From Nitrospirota bacterium (GTDB taxonomy: Bacteria > Nitrospirota > UBA9217), in the NCBI GenBank assembly GCA_035623825.1, contig DASPSR010000059.1:1-36740 (forward strand): a DNA stretch of 36,740 nucleotides. The letters run 5' to 3'. Made by a program: the position numbers and the translations under genes. This document shows positions 8,717 to 17,500 of the stretch, piece by piece; position 1 is the first letter of the stretch; the number at the start of each line of letters is the position of its first letter. The notes beneath the pieces are model-generated. The model ran no database searches and had not been told where the DNA came from. It saw nothing but the letters and a program-made list of their open reading frames with translations.

Positions 8717-10095
8717 GCCGTTCTCCGTTTATCCACCACGTAAACGCTCTTCGCGATCGTCTTGGCGTAATCTTTGAGCTCTGCAGCAATCTCCGACGCC
8801 TCCAAAGGATTCGTCAATGCACGCTGCTCGTTCGTCACGATTGCTATAGAGATGGTCATGAGCGGATACGTCATCTCTTCGCCCTGCCTGTTTTTTCCAA
8901 AAATAAAACCATTTTTTCTGTCTTCCTCATCGTAGAAATAAGGGACGCGTTCATCGAATTGTTGTATGATTTCGGAACTGATCATTCGCATATACTCCGG
9001 AGTCGTGATCACCACGAAGTCATCGCCGCCCACATGCCCGATAAAATCTTCGGGCAAGCCCTTTGCTTTCGCAGCGACCTCTATGATTCTAGCTGTTTCT
9101 TTGATAACTTCGTTTCCATGCGCGTAGCCATAATGGTCATTGAATGCCTTAAAGTTATCAAGGTCGATCACGCAGAACGCAAATGGCTGTCTGGATTCAA
9201 ACCGTCGCTTAAGGGCATTTTCGATTGCGATGCCTCCGGGCAAACGCGTAAGTGGGCTGGCATCTAGATACATCTCTTCGAGCTTTGCAAGCCTTTTGCC
9301 CATGGCAAGAAACGCCGCCGACAGGTTTCCGATTTCGTCTTTCGTGTCTATCTGAGGATCATAATTAAAGTTTCCTTCAGCTATGTGGTTAGTAGCCTCC
9401 CTGAGCTTGTTGATAGATGAGGATATATGGCGCGTCACAACCAGGCCGGCCAAAACACCCAGGACTATGTCGAGAATGCACAGGACTGCTGTGGTGGTAA
9501 AAGCGGAGCTGCTGAGATGGCTCATGCTCTTCATCTTGCGGTTCTGAGACTGTTTTGCCCCGGCAGACATGGATCTAAGGTCGGACAGCAATTGTTCGAA
9601 GTTTTTCTTGAGCTCACCGTTTGAAATGACCGCCGCTTCGGCGATATTGCCTCTGGCGATCAACTTCATCTCCGTCGTGAAGATGTCGCTGTACTGCCTG
9701 TGGAGCTTCTCCAATTTCCCAAGCTGAAGATCTTCTTGACCCGGAAGCGACTTGAGATCGGTGATCATGGCATCCAATTCTTCCGATCGCTTCCAGAACA
9801 GATCGCGGATATCTTCTCTTCTGAGTATCAGGTACCGTTTCTCGTAGGTATCTTGGGCGAGAAGTGCATCAAGCATCTTGTCGGCGGACTCCTGAACCTG
9901 GACATCAATCTTTACCACGTCCCTGTTCATGCTGTTGAGCCGCTGAAGACTGATCAGAACATACACCACCACGACAATGGTGAACACCACGAGTATCGTG
10001 TATCCAAGGAGCATCTTGCTGGCTATGTTCAGCCTGGCAAAAATTCTGTGCGGAGTCAATGCATCCAGTATGACCTGCGGGAAAGAAGATTTCAT
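8713..10095 (-). CDS. Membrane-bound diguanylate cyclase (2 TM, helical periplasmic sensor, HAMP, GGDEF)
   Basis: Two hydrophobic helices, HAMP motif (DEIGNLSAAFLAM), DLDNFKAFNDHYG and GHVGGDDF. Confidence 0.9.
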   Translation of the reverse strand: MKSSFPQVILDALTPHRIFARLNIASKMLLGYTILVVFTIVVVVYVLISLQRLNSMNRDVVKIDVQVQESADKMLDALLAQDTYEKRYLILRREDIRDLFWKRSEELDAMITDLKSLPGQEDLQLGKLEKLHRQYSDIFTTEMKLIARGNIAEAAVISNGELKKNFEQLLSDLRSMSAGAKQSQNRKMKSMSHLSSSAFTTTAVLCILDIVLGVLAGLVVTRHISSSINKLREATNHIAEGNFNYDPQIDTKDEIGNLSAAFLAMGKRLAKLEEMYLDASPLTRLPGGIAIENALKRRFESRQPFAFCVIDLDNFKAFNDHYGYAHGNEVIKETARIIEVAAKAKGLPEDFIGHVGGDDFVVITTPEYMRMISSEIIQQFDERVPYFYDEEDRKNGFIFGKNRQGEEMTYPLMTISIAIVTNEQRALTNPLEASEIAAELKDYAKTIAKSVYVVDKRRTA

Positions 10096-10267
10096 AAGGA
10101 ATTCGAGAAGAACTGGACGTGTGAACCGTCACCGCCTGTCCACACACTATGATATTGTGACAATAGAGGCAGGCGTATGAACAATTTGATTGACAAAGGG
10201 TTTTCAAAAAGGCCGCTATATTCTCTCCGCTCGGCCCAAGGGGATCGACCTCAGAGACATTTGCTCA

Positions 10268-10296
10268 ATATTATCGAACAAATACGGCATTGTCAA
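10268..10296 (-). promoter_or_regulatory. Putative sigma70 promoter for the diguanylate cyclase operon
   Basis: Minus strand TTGACA, 17-nt spacer, TAATAT, about 170 nt upstream of the start. Confidence 0.5.
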
Positions 10297-10448
10297 ATGC
10301 ATTGTGGATAGGGTGCGGCGCACATCAGTAAACGATCAAGCGTCTCCCCCGACCCAATTCTATGCCAGTGAGGAGTTATCCAGGACTATATCAGAAAACG
10401 GACAAGATGTCCGTCAGCGCGATCATGAGACTCGAACATGGCGGGAAA

Positions 10449-11027
10449 TCATACGATGGCATCAAGGACGACAAAGAGGATATTCTCTCCAATCAGGACC
10501 ACAAGTGCCAGAATCATGAATACCTTGCACACCTTGTCTGGTGATACCCTGATGGCCGCAAGGAGACCGAAACTGGCCACGAACCAGAATATGGAGACCC
10601 ACATGAGGTTAAAGGGAGCCACCCAAAGAATGAGGGCAGAAATGAAGACACCGAGCACCAGGTACGGAACCCATACGGAAAGAAGCGGGGCCTTTCCGGA
10701 ATCCGCCGCTCGTCTTGCCCTGAGCGCAGTGATCAGGAACACCTGCCACCATGATCCGAGGAAAAAGAACATGACACCATAGCGGTCGAATCGATGAAGC
10801 ACCTGAACAAGGAGCGGAAACCGGTGATACTCGAGGCTGAAGATGGTAAAAAGGAAGACCGCCGGGATAAACCCTATGAACGCATAACCGCAGGCATCCA
10901 TCGTGACGGCCCTCGCCGATTCCCCACCTGTCTTTTTTCGTACAGTCCGTGCACATCGGAAAAACTCAACTCCGGTCAGCAGCGGTATAATCAAGTATGC
11001 GAGCTGTTGATACCGGTAGCCTTCCAT
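10449..11027 (-). CDS. Hypothetical polytopic membrane protein (about 6 TM)
   Basis: Successive hydrophobic segments. ATG at 11027 (MEGYRYQQ) follows GGGGAGAG; the track start at 11051 is the alternative. No family recognised. Confidence 0.7.
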   Translation of the reverse strand: MEGYRYQQLAYLIIPLLTGVEFFRCARTVRKKTGGESARAVTMDACGYAFIGFIPAVFLFTIFSLEYHRFPLLVQVLHRFDRYGVMFFFLGSWWQVFLITALRARRAADSGKAPLLSVWVPYLVLGVFISALILWVAPFNLMWVSIFWFVASFGLLAAIRVSPDKVCKVFMILALVVLIGENILFVVLDAIV

Positions 11028-11429
11028 AGTATTTTTCTCTCCCCGGAGCATCGGGCCGCAAAAAACCCGCAGTAATGTCTCCGTCCTCTGCTACCTCATG
11101 GAATCATACGCCGCTGATGCCTAGAAGCGACATCGTTCCACTCATTGACATCACCCTCGCATCCAAGCAGGCAAACAAAAGAGTCATCCGCGGGTTGTAC
11201 CGCGCGTGATGAAATTCTGAGATGCAGACTAACAAAGCAACAAGGTCTTGTCAACGTAAACTTACAATTTGAGGGGAGGAGTCCGGCTTTGGACAACAAT
11301 ACAATTGTCAATTCATCTACATTCACATCTTTCACGCGACGAATCATTGCCCAGCCTGCCTTCTTGGCCTTTTTTCTCCGTGTCGTGGATGCTCGTCGTC
11401 CTTGAGCCGTAGCCAGTTCAGCCCTATTC

Positions 11430-11438
11430 TGCTATAAT
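11430..11438 (+). promoter_or_regulatory. Extended -10 promoter element upstream of the giant ORF
   Basis: TG-C-TATAAT, with weak -35 TAGCCA 17 nt upstream of the hexamer; AAGGAG RBS before ATG 11518. Confidence 0.55.
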
Positions 11439-11517
11439 CTGTTCAGAACATTCTGACATAGACCTGCCCCTTCTCAACTTCAATCTTTCCACCGCGTCAT
11501 CTCCCAAAGGAGCGGCC

Positions 11518-14500
11518 ATGCACCAGTATAAATTCGATGTTATCATAATCGGAGCTGGCCCCGCCGGCGTGACCGCAGCAGGCGCACTTGCCGGGACGGA
11601 CTTATCCGTTGCCTTGCTCGAGGCCGGTGTTTACGCCGGGGCCGAGAACTGGTCCGGCTGTGTCTATTTTGCCGAAAGCCTCGCTGAGAAGGACTGTTTC
11701 GGACCCGAAGCCGTCGAATCGGCCCCGTTCGAGCGACGCGTGGTCAGGCGGGGCACGCTCATGCACAATGGTCTGGATGTGGTGGGCGTGGAGATTTCTG
11801 ATGCCCATACGTTCAAGAACTGCTATACGGTCCTCAGGCCGGTATACGACCCCTATTTCGCAAATCTTGCCAGTTCGAAGGGCGCCATTCATATCACCGG
11901 GACCACCATCACTTCGCTCATACGCAAAGACGGCAGGGTAATCGGGGTAGACACGAACCGCGGGCCGCTTTACGCAGACATGACCTTCATCGCTGAAGGT
12001 GACGCCTCTCACCTCGTCCGCTCCGAACGGCTCGAGCGCATCCCGGAGCCGCACTACCTCCAGGGCGTAAAGGCCGTGCTTTCGCTCAGGCCTGAAGAAA
12101 TAGAGAGAAGGTTCATGCTCAAGCCGGGCGAGGGTTCAGCGTACGAGTTGCTTATCCGGAACGCGTCTATTGCGGGCAGGACTGCAAAGCTGAACATCGG
12201 CGGCTTTCTCTATACGAACCGTGACAGCCTCTCCGTGGGCTACGTGGTCCCCCTCGAAAATGTGAGAAACAACTACCGCGGCAACCACGACGACCTCTTC
12301 GAGTGGATGAGGGGCCTCCCCTATATAAAGGAGCTGGCCGAAGGAGCAACGCTTTCGGCCTACGGCACGAAAATCATCAGGAGCGGCGGATGGAACGAGA
12401 GTCCGGTGCTCATCGAAGACGGACTTGCGGTCGGTGGCGCATCGGTCGGGCTTGGAGTGGATATCCCCTTCCCGAACTACACGGGCCCGGCGTCTGCGAC
12501 AGGGCTTTACTTCGCCCGGGCTGCACGAGCAATCCTCCTACACGGTCGTGCACCGGAAGCAAAAAATCTCGCGAAGGAATATCTCGCGCCGCTTTGCAAA
12601 AGCGTCTACGGCGAGAACGCAGAGTATCTGTCGGCATGGCCAAGCTACTTTAGCGAATCCAAGGCGCTTTTCGGCAGGACCGCGGACATGGCCTGCGGCG
12701 CTGTCCACTTTCTTGCAAGCGGGAGTGTCAGAAAGACCGGCAGGTTCCTGAGAAGTCATATTCTTTCGTTCCGCGGTCTCAAGGAATCGATTACGGACAC
12801 GATGAGAGCGATTGGAGCGCTCAAGCTGTGGAAGCCGCTCGTAACAGCGGCGATAAATCCGGTAACTATCTCGCACTGGGTACTGAATTTAATCAAGAAA
12901 GCCCCTGCCGACGAGACAAAACTCGGCGTAATTCTGCATATCGCCGGCAGGAATGTTGACGCCGCAGCGCTTCCCTGGCCCGTGGGCCGGCTGGTTAAAA
13001 GACTTTCTCCCGCACTCCGGCGAGCCCTCGAACAGGTCTACGCCAATAACGAGCAGTCGGTACAGAAAAAATTCGAAAACGCCCTACGTACCTTAGTGCG
13101 CGGCATGATGCTGACCGACCTCGTGATCGTTCCTGCTTTCGCCATTGAACTCTTCTTCATCGCCCTCGGCACGGCCATATGGGATGCCTATCGCTTCTAC
13201 GTACTCAAGACGCCGGTAGAGAAACTCCTTGCCGAGCCAGTGATGTCATACAATGAAGCGCAAAAACAAGCGCGGGACCTGGGCTCCGTCAAACCAACAA
13301 CCACCCTGGAGGGCAAGCTCGCCTCGAACACCTATAGGGTCGGAACGACATCGCACATAAGAACGCTCTGGCCCGAATCCATCGCGGCCCATCCCGACAT
13401 GGCGCGGGCCGGCCTCTGGTGGGTCTGCCCGGCGAGAGTGTACGTTTATGACGCGCCGGTCCTCGGCCGCGGCAGAGTGACTATAAACTTTGAGAACTGC
13501 ATAAAGTGCGAATCCTGCTGGAGGGCAGAGCCGTTGCGCGTGATGTGGGGCAGGCATACGGACCACAAGCTCATCTATCGGCCGGAAAGCGCGGCGATTA
13601 ACCACCTTCTTGAATCGCTGCAAGCCGTACCGGTTTTCGAAACGCAGGCAGTAAAGCTCCCTGGGACTGTCGACGGGGATCTCTCCCGCCTGAGCGCTGA
13701 CATCGTGGAAGCCTGCCGCACTGCGCTGCAGGCATCGGCTGCCTTCAGAGACTCGATAGCGAAACTTCCGGCGTCTGCTGATGCGGGAAGAAGGGAATGG
13801 CCGCTCAGGCTCGGCCAAAGGCTTGGAGACAAGCTTGCCAAGCTCGAGACCGCCCTCTTCAGCACCGGGGCAAATGGACCTGCCCAGCAGATTCAATCTG
13901 CCGGAAAGGATATCGCGATAAGGATCGCGGAAGGTGGATTCTACCATGCACTCTACTGCGCGCGAAGGCTTGAACAGCAGCTCAAAGCATGGCTACGCGG
14001 ATATGGCGAAGGAGGAAGCTCGATCCCTGCTTGTCCAGGAACAGGTATTAGCGGCTATCTTTCATACGAAGCGGTTGCAAAGGTATTCCCCGATAGTGTC
14101 GTGAAGCAGTGGGAGGAGAAGCCCATGTCCGAAGACTGGGCTGAAACGCTCCGGCAGTTCATTGTCGAACATCGAGATGCCGCTCAAGGGACATTGCGTG
14201 CCCTTTCGTCTGTAAGTCCGGCGCTCGGCTTAATCGCAGCACATCAGTTCTCTGCGATCAGTGCGATGGCGAGATCAGGGGTCACCCCGAAACCCGGCGT
14301 CTGCGCCGTCAACTCAGACCGTCTCGAAGTCCAGGAGAGCATCGACAGCACCCGGATAAAGGGCGTTCTCACTTTTGTCCCCTGCGCCGCGATCCATGCG
14401 CTTCTCGTCATCTCACGCGGCAAGGGACATATCGTGCCGCTTGAAGCGCCAGGCGTGCTCGTAACTCCGACGCCCTCGATAGGGTTTAGGGCTGCGGGGC

Positions 14501-17500
14501 TTTGTGACATAGCGCTTGATTGCACGGTGAAGAAGCAGGCGATCATCGCACGAGAGGGGGAAGGCGTACCGGATTCGGCTTCCTATCTCGCAATAGCGCT
14601 CGGCGCGGGAGACTACCTCTGCAGGAGAATAAAGGAACACGCCGCTGGCCGGTTACAGTTCCCCGGCCAGATGCTGGACACCGAGGGTCGTGACGGAATT
14701 GCGAAGCTCGGCGCGGTCAAAGGCATGATCGCCCGCACCGAAGCGTGGCGGCTCTTGCTCGAAACGCTGTACTGCGCAATCGAAAATCACGGTGGCTGTC
14801 CCGATTTCGATACGCTCTGCCTGCTCTGCGCAACCGTGTCATCCGTTGCATTCAGTCCTGAGCCCCACGCCATGGGATACGACGCAGGCCAGGTCTTCGG
14901 CGGGTTCGTCTATTCCGAGGATGATCTTCTTTCGCGATTTTACCGCGACAGTTCTCTGTTCAGGTTCCTGTCTCCCGGACTTAATGCTTCCTCGAGATTA
15001 TACGCAGCGCTCGGATCAGATGAGCTCGATCGTATGATTCCCTCTCTTGGCAGTCTGGACATTATTCGAGGAGAACCACTAGGGCCGCTTGCGTCACGTT
15101 TGACGGCAATAACAAGGCAGTGCATGTCGATCTCGGATCATGCCGACTTAGCCCTCAGCGGAGAGTCCAAGGCCATCGTTCTCGCCATTCGCGGACTGCT
15201 CGTTTCGATCGAAGACGGACTGAAGGAGGGCAGAAGCATGGAGGCCGCGGCCGCGGCGGCCGATGTCCTGCTGGACCTGGCAGAAGAAGCCATAGCGAAG
15301 GCCGAAATCTCATCGGGCCGCGGCAGCGTGTCGCCGTCAGCCGTTTTCCCCATCGAGCCCGCGGGCAACCGGATGGCCCTTGATGAGAATTATGAAACCT
15401 TCTGCACCGCGCCGGGTGCGCCTCACAGGTCCGGAAGCTTCCTCACGACCGTTTTCGACCGTTCGCCGCGATTCGTGCCCGAGATCCAGCTCCACGACAC
15501 AAGGCTCAGAACTAGGTGGAGCGAGCTCGCCGGATGGTTCAAGGAGAACTGCCGCGACAAAAAATTCGATGACCTTGGTATCGAACGCTACATCGAGAAG
15601 ATTCACCGTCTGCCCGACGATATCCTGAATACGGTGAAAGAGAGCAAGTGGCTCGCGACCTATATCCCGGAATCGCTTGACGGACTCGGCTGGCGTAAAG
15701 CAGAGTACTACATTTTGAACGCCGCGGCCGGGAGTTTCGGTGACGCGGCTATCGACCTCTTGATCATGGCAAGTACCAGCATCGGCACCACTCCGATCCT
15801 GCTTGGTCTCCAGGACGAGCTCCCGCGAGTGCGGGAAGAGCTTGTCCCGCTTGTTCGCGAAGCATCAAAGCTTGGTGAAATCGGCGCACGCATCGATAAG
15901 ATCATCCAATCCTTTGCCAATCCCGACCCGGCCTGGATCAGGAAAGAATACGAGGCAGTGACAAGGCTTGTCGACGAGCGTATCCGCCGAACACGCGTAG
16001 TCAAATACCTTGCCGCAAACTTCCTTCGGGCTTTCTTCGGCGCCGGCATCGCCGGCAAACGCGGAGCATTTGGAGACTTCATGGCGAACCTCAAGCACGC
16101 CGGAAAGCTCTTTGCGAAGCTCACGCCCGACGTACGCGCAGCGCTCGACGAGCTACCGCGACGAGAACGGTGCCACAGGCTCTTCCTTCGCTACCTTGGC
16201 CACAACGCGGTGAGTGCTTTTGCTTTGACCGAACCGACAGCTGGCTCTGACTCGGGTGGCGTCAAGACAACGGCAAAGTTACTGAGTGCAAGACTCACCC
16301 CTCTCGACGACGGCAGATACTCATTCAATCTTCCTGAGGGCGATGGATCGGGCGTGCGGTATCTGATCGATGCGGACAGGATCACTTTCACTGATCTCGG
16401 TGTTGCCTATCAAACGACCGACGGTCAGTCGGCAGTGATCAGGTATGACAAATATGATTATGCGGCTGACCAGGGGGTGCGCTATTACACGCACAACGGC
16501 AGGGAGTGTATATTCCATGACATTGGCCAGGTTCGGCAATCTGACGCCGGACCTCTCTACGAGTACTACAGCCTGACCGGCGCCAAGATGTGGATCACGA
16601 ACGGAAGCATCGCGACCCAATTCTGTCTGTACGCCCAGACGCCGGAAGGCGTCACCGGTTTCATGGTCGATCGACATGCCGAGGGGCTCAAGGTCGGCGC
16701 CGATGAGAAGAAAACCGGCCAGCGCGGATCTCCTACGAACGAGATATCGATCGACGCCGTGCGTGTCCCGCGCGAGGCCGTGATTGGTTACGAGGGCCAT
16801 GGTCAGGTGAACGCTCTTGAAACCTTGAACGTCGGCCGATGCGGTCTTGCCGTCGTCTCCAGCGCTCTCATGCGCAAGCTCTTGCATGAGGCAGCCGCGG
16901 GCGTTCCTCCCTCTCCCGAGCGAGACGACCTTCTCGGCGAGGCCGCGGCGGTTCTCTTTGGCAGCGAATCCCTTGCCTATTACCTCGTAGGGCTCTTCGA
17001 CCGCACGCACGAATCAGTCCGCATGGAGTCAGCGATTGCCAAATACATCTGCTCCGAGGACATCCATGAGCTTATCACGCTCGTTGAACGTGCCTACGGT
17101 CCCCCAGGCCAGACTGAAAAGTTCCTCCTCGAGAAGGCGAGGCGCGACAGCCGCATCCTTACGATTTATGAAGGAACGAACGAAGTCCAACGGTTCCTCA
17201 TCTTGAAAGATTTGATAGCCAAAGCTGCTGACTGGCCAGAGCTTTCGGGCATGCATCACGATCCAGCGTCACAGGCGCTTGTGGAATGGAAGGACAGGCT
17301 ACGGACGCGCGTCAAGGATGCCGCTTCCCTGCTGGGCGACACGTGCTGGTCCGATGCCATGCTCCAACCCGCAATGTTCCTGCTTGCGGAAATGGCCGGC
17401 GAGATCCTAAGGCTTGAATGCGTCTTGTACCGACTGGAATGGATCACTACGCGAAGTTCGATGCTTGCTCAGAGTTCACCGGACTATTCCCCTCTGATGC

